Shown here one piece after another: positions 17,640 to 26,980 of a stretch of DNA of 64,000 bases. This stretch comes from Candidatus Levybacteria bacterium RIFCSPHIGHO2_01_FULL_40_16 (lineage in GTDB: Bacteria; Patescibacteriota; Microgenomatia; Levybacterales; UBA12049). The stretch spans positions 1,636 to 65,635 of the forward strand of contig MFNS01000005.1 in the NCBI GenBank assembly GCA_001783805.1, read 5' to 3'. Positions within the stretch are counted from its first letter, which is position 1. Every line of letters begins with the position of its first letter. A model generated the notes under the pieces. It made no database searches and had not been told where the DNA came from. It saw only the letters and a program-made list of their open reading frames with translations. A program made the translations under genes and the position numbers.

Positions 17640-17641
17640 CT

Positions 17642-17712
17642 GGGCCTGTAGTACACCGGTAGTATAACTCCATGGCATGGAGTAGAAAGGGGTTCAATTC
17701 CCCTCAGGTCCA
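17642..17712 (+). tRNA. tRNA-Ala (anticodon GGC)
   Basis: Same acceptor stem with G3:U70. Anticodon loop ATGGCAT, T-arm AGGGGTTCAATTCCCCT. It starts 2 nt after the first tRNA. Confidence 0.8.
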
Positions 17713-17923
17713 CTAAAAATTTTGGTGCTTGCTATTTTGTTTTGGGTTGCTGTATAATATGCAATATATTAATCCATCCTCCTTTCTCTAAATTCGAGAA
17801 ATAGGTAGGCGGAGTTTAGAGAAATTTTAATGATAAGCAAAATCCCAACAACATTATTACAGTTAAGCTATATTTTTTATGTTAAGCGAAGCCCGACTTC
17901 GCTAAAGCTTCGTCGGGTGAAAG

Positions 17924-18238
17924 GTGGTGAAATATAGAATGGCAAATTTTCAAGATCAAAACTTAACTTGTCGCGATTGCAGCAAACCTTTTACTTGGAC
18001 AGCTTCTGAACAAGAATTTTACCAACAGAAAGGTTTCCAAAACGCACCGGTTAGATGTCCGGCCTGCCGCGCCTTAAAAAAGGCCCGTATGGAAGGAGAT
18101 CGGGGAATGTCCTCTGGACAATCCTTTCCGATAACTTGCGCAACCTGCGGCAAGTCAGATACTGTACCTTTCGAACCGAAAGGAAATAGACCAGTCCTTT
18201 GTAAGGATTGTTTTAGAAAACAAAGACAATCTGCATAA
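17924..18238 (+). CDS. Zinc-ribbon protein (two CxxC...CxxC pairs)
   Basis: CRDCSKPF...CPACRAL and CATCGKSD...CKDCFRK; 104 aa, basic. Confidence 0.6.
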   Translation: MVKYRMANFQDQNLTCRDCSKPFTWTASEQEFYQQKGFQNAPVRCPACRALKKARMEGDRGMSSGQSFPITCATCGKSDTVPFEPKGNRPVLCKDCFRKQRQSA

Positions 18239-18295
18239 GAGCGGATGTTATTTGGCCCCCTTCGCCCGTTGGGCTTCGGAGGGCTAAATGTATCG

Positions 18296-18420
18296 AAAGT
18301 ATCACGGCTTTTTAGATTTTCTATTTAGATTTATCCAGCACCTTTTGGGTGTTGGATGAAATCCAAGCAGTTTTAATTAATTTTAGAAAGGTGCTGGATT
18401 AATTCTTATCGTGATACTTT
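18296..18420. repeat. Long hairpin (nested inverted repeats) abutting repeat copy B
   Basis: The arms GTATCACGGC...CCAGCACCTTT and AAAGGTGCTGG...CGTGATAC pair, with an 11-bp perfect inner stem. Confidence 0.4.
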
Positions 18421-18437
18421 TGGTATAAAGTATATTC

Positions 18438-18660
18438 TTGTACTTTTTTCCGCAAAAAGTACCAAAAGCTCTTTGCGAGTGAAAGTCGCGCCCCAAGGGC
18501 ACTAGCTTCTTCGAAGCGGCGGCTATTTTGCTCGCTCACTTATCGGGTAATTTCACCCCCTCCTCAATCTCGCTTTGCCAAGTCTGACTTGGCTTTGCTC
18601 GCTGAGGAATTCCCCTGACGCGTTCGCTCACAAAAACTTAACGCTCTTTGTTTCAGTCGC
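18438..18660 (+). repeat. Structured dispersed repeat, copy B (most diverged; carries insertions)
   Basis: GTACTTTTTTCCGCAAAAAGTAC hairpin with a compensated 1-bp insertion. GGGTAATTTCACCC and CCTCA...TGAGG stems co-vary with the other copies. The internal loop contains CCAAGTCTGACTTGG. Confidence 0.65.
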
Positions 18661-18680
18661 AAAATTAAGACAGAAGAGGT

Positions 18681-20795
18681 TTACTTGGAAGATTGGGTGG
18701 CGGTAGGAGGAGCGGGGATTTTAACCGGCGGATTTTGTGCAGGAAGTTGTGCTTCCGGTTTATTTACGTTAAGGGTTTGATTCTCATTGGTTGAAGGACT
18801 GACTGCCGCTTGGGCTTTGCCTTGGAGAACGGCAATCTCTTTGTCGATTTGATCTAAGGAAGTTTTGTCGTTAGCAACTAGAGTTCTTACCGCTTGGTAT
18901 TGTACTAAGGCATTTTGCAAATCTCCTTTTTGCTCCAGAGCATGACCTAAGTTATAATGTGAGTTTGCATAATCAGGCTTAAGAGAGACTGCGATTTGGA
19001 ACTGGCTTTGAGCATTGTCCCATTGCCCCATTTGATAATAAATACCTCCTAAGGCGATGTATTCCTGCGGGTTATTAGGATCAAGAGCGATTGCCTGCTG
19101 AGCAGTGGCAATCGCGAAACTCTCTGCATTTTGACCAAATCCGATCAAGCCTCGATATACGGAAGACAAATTTTGCCAGTTAAGATAGGTTTGAGGAGCG
19201 ACTGTCACTGCTCCTCGGGCGGCATTAATAGATTGCTGGATAAGTGTTGTGATATTTTGTTGGGTAGTTTGGCTTGGAGTAGAACCTGCCGACTGTTGAG
19301 ACGCAAGAGTATTAGCCAAAGCCAGATTTGTTTGAGAAAAAACCCGATAAAACCCATCCCGATACTGGAAATTTGAAATTGCCTGTGCTTGCAGCTGATA
19401 CGTCAAGGATCCATTATTTTGAGCTGCTGCCAGAAGAGATTTTTGGAAAGTCAGATCGGAAGTTACATAGGGGATACTAAAATAGCCTATAATTCCTACA
19501 ATTGCCAAGATGATCACGCCGGTAATTACGGGGAGAATTAGACTTTTCTCATTTTTTGCTGCAGGCGCTTCCATTGCGATAAGCCCTTTTCTAAGGGCGA
19601 CGATCCGAAGTTCAATGTCAAAAAATCTGTTTTGAGCTTTGTTGATTAAGCCTTGATTAGCGGCAAATAGTCCCAAGATTATGAAGAACAAGGTTTGCGA
19701 CGTAAAGCTTAAAGGCAAAAAAAGCGAAATCAGAAGCAGTACGATTACAGAAACAAGCATTTTATTTTGAGGACTGATGCGTACCTCCTTAAACACTCTA
19801 ATTAAGAGGAAGATGAAAGCGCATAAGCCCAATACCCCGGTTGTGGCTAAGAGTTCAAGTGCAAAATTTGAAGATTGGAAAAAAGTTAAATTCCAAAGAT
19901 CCGAATTTTGATTGAATGAAGCTTGTTTCCATTTTGAAAAATCAGTAGCATATGTTCCAAATCCGCTTCCCAGAAAAAAGCTCTGCGCTACGCGTCCCGT
20001 ATCCAGAGAAATTTCGGAAAAAGCCGTTTGAAATCCTGTTTCAATTGGCAGAAGAAGGGGTTTATTGAGCTTGAAGAGTGCATAAGTTGTAACAACAATG
20101 CCCATTAGAATCACCAAAGATGCTATTCCAAAGCTCACGGCTTTCGTCAATTCCCGACTGGACATGGAGGGATTAGCCGCATTTACAAAAGCGGCATCTG
20201 TTTGCGTCTTTGCTTTAAATTTAAGAAATCTGTAGATGTAATAAAAAGAGATGGCGAATACCAAAACCAGATAAATTTCCTGTTCGAGCATTGATCCGAG
20301 CGGCGTAAATGTCTGGACATGAGTTCCCGGGAAAGGCAGGATATAAATTTTAAAAAAAGACAAGGTTGCGGAGATAGATAATAAAACTGCGCCTATAATC
20401 AGAGAGGACATAAGGAAAAGAAGTGAGTTTTTGTCTTTAACTATATTAACAATTAGGAAAAATCCCAAGATCGCAAGGAAATAAGGGATAAAGGCTGTCA
20501 ATGCGTCTGCCCTATTGATTGCAAATAGGCTTGATAAAAAAGCGACCAGCGCCAGTGAAAGAACCGGAATGTCAAAAGCTGTTCTGTGTAACTTTACTGA
20601 TCTTTCAGCGAACATTCTTACGGCTTGAAGAACCAAAAGAACGAGAGCTACTCCTCCCAGCAACACCTGCTTGGGCAAAACAATAGGATTAGTAGTAATG
20701 GTCGTAAAAATAACCGGGAAGGCCATGAAGAGAATTCCCAAAAGGAATAAAGAAATATTCTGAACATATAAATTCAGTTCGTTTTTTTGTTCCAT
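18681..20795 (-). CDS. O-antigen ligase/polymerase (Wzy_C) family membrane protein with C-terminal TPR repeats
   Basis: About 11 TM helices in the N-terminal 440 aa. The C-terminal periplasmic region has TPR-like repeats (...ANSHYNLGHALEQKGDLQNALVQYQAV...). Confidence 0.7.
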   Translation of the reverse strand: MEQKNELNLYVQNISLFLLGILFMAFPVIFTTITTNPIVLPKQVLLGGVALVLLVLQAVRMFAERSVKLHRTAFDIPVLSLALVAFLSSLFAINRADALTAFIPYFLAILGFFLIVNIVKDKNSLLFLMSSLIIGAVLLSISATLSFFKIYILPFPGTHVQTFTPLGSMLEQEIYLVLVFAISFYYIYRFLKFKAKTQTDAAFVNAANPSMSSRELTKAVSFGIASLVILMGIVVTTYALFKLNKPLLLPIETGFQTAFSEISLDTGRVAQSFFLGSGFGTYATDFSKWKQASFNQNSDLWNLTFFQSSNFALELLATTGVLGLCAFIFLLIRVFKEVRISPQNKMLVSVIVLLLISLFLPLSFTSQTLFFIILGLFAANQGLINKAQNRFFDIELRIVALRKGLIAMEAPAAKNEKSLILPVITGVIILAIVGIIGYFSIPYVTSDLTFQKSLLAAAQNNGSLTYQLQAQAISNFQYRDGFYRVFSQTNLALANTLASQQSAGSTPSQTTQQNITTLIQQSINAARGAVTVAPQTYLNWQNLSSVYRGLIGFGQNAESFAIATAQQAIALDPNNPQEYIALGGIYYQMGQWDNAQSQFQIAVSLKPDYANSHYNLGHALEQKGDLQNALVQYQAVRTLVANDKTSLDQIDKEIAVLQGKAQAAVSPSTNENQTLNVNKPEAQLPAQNPPVKIPAPPTATQSSK

Positions 20796-20868
20796 TAGCT
20801 TAGGTTAACAAGGACTTTAGGCAATGTCAAGAGGGGATATCCTGCAGAGAAATTTTCCGTCTGCCAAC

Positions 20869-23800
20869 TTAATTAACGATTAGCCAATTAAAGTCAATCG
20901 GGTGATTGGTGGGTGACTGCACTCCGACAGTAAATGACCCTTCGGCTCCGCTCGGGGCAGGTCCACGGGAAATTTGACGCATCAAGAATGGAGTTTGAGC
21001 GCTAGGTGTTCCAGCAGGAGTTATATAAATTACAGATTTGCTTGTTACCAAAGCGTTTCTAATCGTAATTTCCGATTGATAAGGGGCAATATTGGCAATT
21101 CCCGCAGAAGAACTGGCAATCACTTCTGTCGCAGAAACAGCCAAAACCGGTGCAACAAGGCTGAAATTAAGCTTGGCAAAAGTGCCTGATCCTGAAGCTG
21201 CTAAATCTCCGGCTTGATTTACAGACAAAACACTTGAACCGCTGGCATTATTCACAAGTAAGTCGGACGAAGGATGCGGAGAAAGAATATTTACAGCCAA
21301 CTTTCCGGTTACGGATAGATCTCCCTGAACCCTGATATTGCCTTGTGTATCAATGTAAATTAATCCGCCCATGATTGAAAGTCCTCCTTGTTTCAGACTT
21401 TGGAGGGATAAATCCGTGCCCAAAACTTCTAGGGAATTTTCTGTAATGTACATTATTCCTCCGATTGAAAGTCTGCCTGCAAGCGCCAGATCGGAAAGAC
21501 TGGTCGGACCAAAGACCATCAATCCTTGACTGAATTGAGCTCGCTCTGCGGTCAGATCGGGAATGTTGGAAAATTGAGCGGAGTAAGACGCAATATCCAT
21601 ATATGCAGAAACTTTCGCCTCAAGGCCGTCGATAGAGTCGGCAAGAATATTTTCTGCCCACAGGGTACCGCTGATGCTTGCATTACCTGTTGTTAAATTA
21701 CTACTATTAATAGTGCCGGAGAAAGAAGCATTACCCTGATCATCAATTTTGGCAATCGCAGACCCGCTTGAATTTTGGATTATGAATGATGAATCATGAA
21801 TCTCCGCAGAAGGCGTTGCCAGTTTCACTATTAACGATTTACCTAAAGGTGAAATAATATTGGTAGATAGCTGATCTATTCTCGCGACTGATGAGATTAT
21901 TCTCGGTTCTTGATTCATAATTCCTGATTCATTCACAACTCGAACAATATAATCTTTCAGACTCTGCCCACTAACTATTAGAGAATCGGAAGATACAATA
22001 AGAGTGTTCGTAATCACTTCAGAAGCGTTAATTAAACCTGCTACGGTCAGTGCTTGCGCATGAACGTAGCCTGCCTTAATATTTGCAGCTACGATTTCAA
22101 AAAATCCCCCGCTGTTGGTTAGAACTTCATTTTTAGAATTAGAAATAGAGTATCCGTTGGCGTTGGTACTGTTAATAATCAGGTCTCCGTTTTGGGCAAG
22201 ATAAGCTCCCGGGTCATACCAGGAGACATTAATTAAGATTGAGATTTTAACAACGCGAACAATATTTGATTTCAGAGGAATGTCCGGGAAACTGGTTTTG
22301 CTTCTATACTCCTTGCTTTCGGGATCATAATAGCCAACAACTTTTGATTCATCTATAATGCTTAAATTCTCCAAAGTCTTTCCTATAATTTGTCCTGCTT
22401 TTGTGGCTTTTATTGTAACTCCCGGGATATCCGATGACGTCAGCATATCTCCTGCTTTTATTTCTCCGTTGATGGTTGCAGCAAATGCTTCAACTTGTCC
22501 CGTAAGACCAACTGCTATGGAACCATTGCCTAGATTCTGTCCTCCCAGGAATGCAGGGCGCTCGGAAGCAACCCCAATAATTTTATTGTTATCGTTGCTG
22601 CATTTAACAATCAATCCGTTGTCTTTTAAACAGACAGCAGAGCCATATTCTATTACTTGGTTATTATCTTTTTTGAAATACTCGGCGAAATCTGCGGTTC
22701 CGCTGGTTGCATAAGTTACACCTGTTCCCGTGCTCCCTTGAATAGATCCGACAATACCGATTCCGGCCGTTTCAAAACTAATAAAGTGATTTGAAGCGGC
22801 AACGGCACTCGTTAAAGCATTGCCAAGCTTAACTATCAATCCATCCGCATCCGTCCCCGTATCGGTATTAAATATTTGAGCCGCAGCAGTTGCCAATTGA
22901 GAATCTTGAACATCAAGTTTAAATAAGGGCGTTGTTGTCCCGATTCCAACATTGCCTGCATTGAACCAAGAATTATTTGATCCCGCAATGTTTGTTCCGG
23001 TTAATTTGATTAAAGCTGAAGATGTTGAGGTTGCTCCTAATAATAAATCGAGCGTTGTGTTGCCGGGATAAATTGCCCCATTAGCTTGATTAAAAATGCT
23101 GGTGACGGAGCAGGAAGTAAAAAATGGAGTAGTTCCTCCCATCAGACAATCGGAGCTTGAGCCGGCGGACGCCTGATAGATCTTTCCCGAAGCATTTGTA
23201 TATAGAATACCACCGTTTGATGTTAAAGAAGAAAGAATTAGATTAGATTTTACTGTCGTATTTCCGCCTGAAATACCTAAATTAACGGTTGTGGCTGCGC
23301 CTCCCAAATTCAGGGTTGTAACAGTTGAATTTAGAAAATTGAAAGTGGTGGCTGCGCTCGTCAGGTCCCCGCCATTTACTACCAGGTCGCCGGTGAATTT
23401 GCCGGTTCCATCGTTCTCTACGACGAATTTGGCAGCCCCGGAGGTACTGGCGCTAATCAATGTCCCCGTTGAGTTTTGATTGATATACAGGGCTGCTTGC
23501 GCACTGGTGGTTGCCAATATTGCGACCGTATCATCAAACTCTACCGATCCCACGGCGGACACTAAATTGTTATTGTTTGTGCTATTCTGTATGGGTCTTG
23601 AGAGATCAATTTTTCCTAATCCATCAGGCGCGATTACGATATTGCTATTGCTTCCCGGAACAGTAGTCAAAGATAAAACTTTTCCCGAAAGCACAAGGCT
23701 TCCTCCAATTACCTGAAAGGTATGCGCTTGAGCGCCTGCGATACTTAAATTGCCGGAAGAATCCAAAGCTAAAACTACATTACTTACTTTGGCAGAATTG

Positions 23801-25314
23801 GTAATCGGTTCAAGGCCCTGCAGAGTTTCTGCGTTGCTGGCGAAAGGAACAGTTGCCAGTTCCTGACGAGGACGCAGCTCCGGACTATTTCCGACAGTAA
23901 TTCCTAAGAATAGCTTTGAATTTTGGCTAAAAACAGTGTCGGAAATAGGAGTTTTCTTTCCCAGAAGTACTGAAAAGATTCCATCCGAATCAGGCTTGAC
24001 AGCGTTGTTTTCCTGCCAGATGGCGGCTCCCGAGGATGCATTTTCATCATCATAAAGAGAAAAGAGAATGGCTGTTTCCTTAACAATTGGAGTTTCGGAT
24101 AAATCGGTAAGTTTTCCCTGGAAAGACAAGATTCGAGGCGGAGCGCTGGTAGAAGCTCCCAAGATAGCATTTTTTGCCTGGGTATTTGCAAAAAAACTGC
24201 TGTATATTCCAAAGCCAATTGCAGTAGCCAGTATCGTCAGTATTGCAAAGTGTAAATAATGTGTAAATGAGTATGAATGATATCTTTTGTACCAGTTTGG
24301 TCTGACGTGACGGATGTAATGCCAAATTCTTTGATGAACCGGTAGATAGCGGGTAGAAACATTCAGGGGAGCATAAAAATCCTTTTTGATGTTTGATATC
24401 TCCTCAGGCTGAGCTATTTGAAACGTCTTCGGGGCAGTCTTTTTAAATACCTTTTTTCCGGTGAGCTTCCAGAATAGATACCGTGTTGTTTCAAGTGTCT
24501 GAGCGAATGGCAAGATAAACAGATTATCAAAAAGAGAATTAACTCCTTTTATGCTTTTCTGCATTAGTCTTTCCGGTGGGAAAGAGGAATAAGCCGCCTT
24601 GTCATCCTGAGTACCCTTCGGGGTATCTTCGTCTTGTTTCGGGATTTCCTTAAGATTAGATGCTGGGATAAATTCAGCCTGACTTGAAGTCTGACCCGAA
24701 GGAATTAGCCTCTGGGTTTTGGCCCAGCCTATATAGCTTCTTAAGGAGGAAAGTTTTCTGTTAATAGTTGCGGGAGAGAATTTGGCTGCAGTTAGTCTTT
24801 GTTTATACTCTTCAATAATAGGAAAATTAATTTTGTTCAGCAAATTTCTGTCTGCTAGATTCCAGCTATACTTTACTAAAGCTACCTCCTCAAGCCAAGC
24901 AAAAAAACTTTTTACATCATTGATATAGTTTTTTATAGTAAGGTTAGTTTTTTTGGATTCCTTAAGAAAATTCTTGAAGCTTCTAATCATCCATGGATCA
25001 GCTTCAATTTTTTCTTTGTAGTCCGGAACAGGAAATAAATCAAAGATAATTATTCCCTGTGCCTTCAAGAAGTTAAAGAACTTGCGTAGGGAAGAAGTAT
25101 GTCTTTCCATTGAGCTTTCGGACAACCCCCTTTCCTGCTTATATTTTTGGAATATTTGTAAGGTAACTTTTGTCGGGTCAAAAGGAAATTTACATTCTTT
25201 CTCAAACCAGCTGATGAATTGTCCTATATCTGCCTTATAATTTTTCACGGTCAGCAAAGACCGTTTGGGTTTTTGATTTAAGAGAAATTCAACGAATTGC
25301 TGCGATAAATTCAT
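20869..25314 (-). CDS. Giant single-pass membrane protein: two cytoplasmic integrase-type SAM-like (core-binding) domains, one TM, and an ~1100-aa Thr/Ser/Gly/Asn-rich ectodomain
   Basis: Residues 1-200 hold two full copies of the Xer/phage-integrase N-terminal DNA-binding domain (LLTVKNYKADIGQFISWF...SLRKFFNFL and LTIKNYINDVKSFFAWL...SLRSYIGWA). No catalytic RHRY domain is present. A TM helix lies near aa 345-367 (FTHYLHFAILTILATAIGFGIYS). The rest has repetitive beta-rich adhesin-like composition. Confidence 0.75.
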   Translation of the reverse strand: MNLSQQFVEFLLNQKPKRSLLTVKNYKADIGQFISWFEKECKFPFDPTKVTLQIFQKYKQERGLSESSMERHTSSLRKFFNFLKAQGIIIFDLFPVPDYKEKIEADPWMIRSFKNFLKESKKTNLTIKNYINDVKSFFAWLEEVALVKYSWNLADRNLLNKINFPIIEEYKQRLTAAKFSPATINRKLSSLRSYIGWAKTQRLIPSGQTSSQAEFIPASNLKEIPKQDEDTPKGTQDDKAAYSSFPPERLMQKSIKGVNSLFDNLFILPFAQTLETTRYLFWKLTGKKVFKKTAPKTFQIAQPEEISNIKKDFYAPLNVSTRYLPVHQRIWHYIRHVRPNWYKRYHSYSFTHYLHFAILTILATAIGFGIYSSFFANTQAKNAILGASTSAPPRILSFQGKLTDLSETPIVKETAILFSLYDDENASSGAAIWQENNAVKPDSDGIFSVLLGKKTPISDTVFSQNSKLFLGITVGNSPELRPRQELATVPFASNAETLQGLEPITNSAKVSNVVLALDSSGNLSIAGAQAHTFQVIGGSLVLSGKVLSLTTVPGSNSNIVIAPDGLGKIDLSRPIQNSTNNNNLVSAVGSVEFDDTVAILATTSAQAALYINQNSTGTLISASTSGAAKFVVENDGTGKFTGDLVVNGGDLTSAATTFNFLNSTVTTLNLGGAATTVNLGISGGNTTVKSNLILSSLTSNGGILYTNASGKIYQASAGSSSDCLMGGTTPFFTSCSVTSIFNQANGAIYPGNTTLDLLLGATSTSSALIKLTGTNIAGSNNSWFNAGNVGIGTTTPLFKLDVQDSQLATAAAQIFNTDTGTDADGLIVKLGNALTSAVAASNHFISFETAGIGIVGSIQGSTGTGVTYATSGTADFAEYFKKDNNQVIEYGSAVCLKDNGLIVKCSNDNNKIIGVASERPAFLGGQNLGNGSIAVGLTGQVEAFAATINGEIKAGDMLTSSDIPGVTIKATKAGQIIGKTLENLSIIDESKVVGYYDPESKEYRSKTSFPDIPLKSNIVRVVKISILINVSWYDPGAYLAQNGDLIINSTNANGYSISNSKNEVLTNSGGFFEIVAANIKAGYVHAQALTVAGLINASEVITNTLIVSSDSLIVSGQSLKDYIVRVVNESGIMNQEPRIISSVARIDQLSTNIISPLGKSLIVKLATPSAEIHDSSFIIQNSSGSAIAKIDDQGNASFSGTINSSNLTTGNASISGTLWAENILADSIDGLEAKVSAYMDIASYSAQFSNIPDLTAERAQFSQGLMVFGPTSLSDLALAGRLSIGGIMYITENSLEVLGTDLSLQSLKQGGLSIMGGLIYIDTQGNIRVQGDLSVTGKLAVNILSPHPSSDLLVNNASGSSVLSVNQAGDLAASGSGTFAKLNFSLVAPVLAVSATEVIASSSAGIANIAPYQSEITIRNALVTSKSVIYITPAGTPSAQTPFLMRQISRGPAPSGAEGSFTVGVQSPTNHPIDFNWLIVN

Positions 25315-25965
25315 ATGATCCTTCGACTTTGCTCAGGATGACATGTCAGCTACGAAATTATACACATTATACTGATTATTTGATTATCTGAAAATAAATC
25401 TATACAACTAGAATAAATAATTTTAAGGAACTTGTCAATAGCCTAAATGAAGGAAAAGCTGATATATTGTGATATGTTCCGATATGTCTGTTGTTTAATC
25501 AAAGTCTTGTGAAAACTCGGTGAAAACTGATAAGTGTTAATCGGGGATGTATATTCGAAAAATATTCGTATATTTGAATATTCCCTGAAAATTAGGTATA
25601 TATCAGAATATGTCAATCTACATTATTTGTTGGTTGTGTTTTGGATCTTTTTCTTCCAGATTTCACGCTCACTCTTATTGTACTAATAAGCATATTTAGC
25701 AGTTATAAGTAGAAAGTGATAGGGGAAGTTTTGTTTCATTTTGGATTGTAGGGATAAGATTAATTTTATGCTAAATATAGATTATTAATTATCCAGTCGG
25801 ATTTTTGGTAAAAATTCAGCCCGTTAGTTCATTTAGCCATATTTAGTTTTTCTACTCCAAAATTGAGTATAAGTAATAATAATCGCTAAATTTGTCTTTT
25901 CACGGCTTAAAAATCCTAAAGGCTGAGATAAAGCAAGTCGCTTGAGTGCATGATTATCTTTAAAA

Positions 25966-26973
25966 TTATACTTGCATTCGATCTTTATTCGCATACAGCT
26001 TAAGTCTATTTCTAATCACGATTACTGCGATTACCACAATCACGATTACGATTAAGATTAAAAGAGGAAAAGCAAAGAAGTGAATGGTTCTTGTGAAAGT
26101 AGGGCCCTCATTAGACATGGAGATATTTAGAGTTGCCGTATAGAGTCCCAAAAGAAAGCTCTCGTTCCATAAGGCAATTGGGTGTTTAAAATCAAAAGCG
26201 TTTTTTGTTTTCGTATTTGAATTATCTTTTAACCTCAGACTCTGCATATAAACGCCATTGGGAATCGCCCGGGTTGAACCCGATAAAACATTTATAAGAG
26301 TTAAATCAAGCTTACCAATGCTCTGACCAAACATATTCTTTATGGTAATTTCACCCTTCGGTTCTATGAAATGAGCTCCTTTATTATTGACTCTGATCGT
26401 AAAGGGCACCGGACCTTTTTCAAAGAAGATATTGGATGAAAATTCCTCAATAGTTGCTTTGGGAATTTCCAAAGCGCCAACAGATAACAAAACATTGGCC
26501 GCAATTCCAAGCTGATTTACGGAAAAATTTGATTCAACCGGAAAGGAATTGACGGATACAAATACAACTGAAAAATAATAGTCTGATATATTTGTATCTT
26601 GCGGTATGTTTATATCTAAATTCAAGCTTTTCTGCTGCTGTGGTCCTAGCGTGATACTTCCGACTGGCACATTAGCATCCAAAATTTGGATGCTCTTAAA
26701 AATTTCTGAGGTTTCTTTGGAATATTCAAGTTCCCCATTTTCCCCTTTAGCCTTAAAGGGTTTGAGTTGAATCTGAAGCGTAATTGGTGTATCACCCTTG
26801 TTTTGAATATTTAGTGCGCTGGTTATATTCGCCGGAGGAATAACTTTGATTACGATTATCGGCGGGTCAATAGATAAACTCAAAGGCGCTGCGGCTGCCG
26901 TTTGAGTAATAAACAAATAACCCAATAAGCAAATAAGCAAATAGGAAATCTTAAATCTTAAATCATTAATCAT
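25966..26973 (-). CDS. Secreted protein with a C-terminal TM anchor (DUF916/CscA-like architecture)
   Basis: Signal peptide, then an Ig-like beta-rich region (PLSLSIDPPIIVIKVIPPANITSALNIQNKGDTPITLQIQLKPF), then a C-terminal hydrophobic helix and basic tail (LLILIVIVIVVIAVIVIRNRLK). Confidence 0.5.
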   Translation of the reverse strand: MINDLRFKISYLLICLLGYLFITQTAAAAPLSLSIDPPIIVIKVIPPANITSALNIQNKGDTPITLQIQLKPFKAKGENGELEYSKETSEIFKSIQILDANVPVGSITLGPQQQKSLNLDINIPQDTNISDYYFSVVFVSVNSFPVESNFSVNQLGIAANVLLSVGALEIPKATIEEFSSNIFFEKGPVPFTIRVNNKGAHFIEPKGEITIKNMFGQSIGKLDLTLINVLSGSTRAIPNGVYMQSLRLKDNSNTKTKNAFDFKHPIALWNESFLLGLYTATLNISMSNEGPTFTRTIHFFAFPLLILIVIVIVVIAVIVIRNRLKLYANKDRMQV

Positions 26974-26980
26974 AAATCTT

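Noticed and set aside
17519-17713. 64-aa minus-strand ORF
   Set aside because: It overlaps both tRNA-Ala genes; its sequence is the reverse complement of tRNA stems.
20869-21500. Prophage/integrase signal from the integrase N-terminal SAM-like domains
   Set aside because: No tyrosine-recombinase catalytic domain (R..K..HxxR..Y) follows, and there are no att-like repeats or phage genes nearby. The domains are part of a membrane protein, not an integrase.
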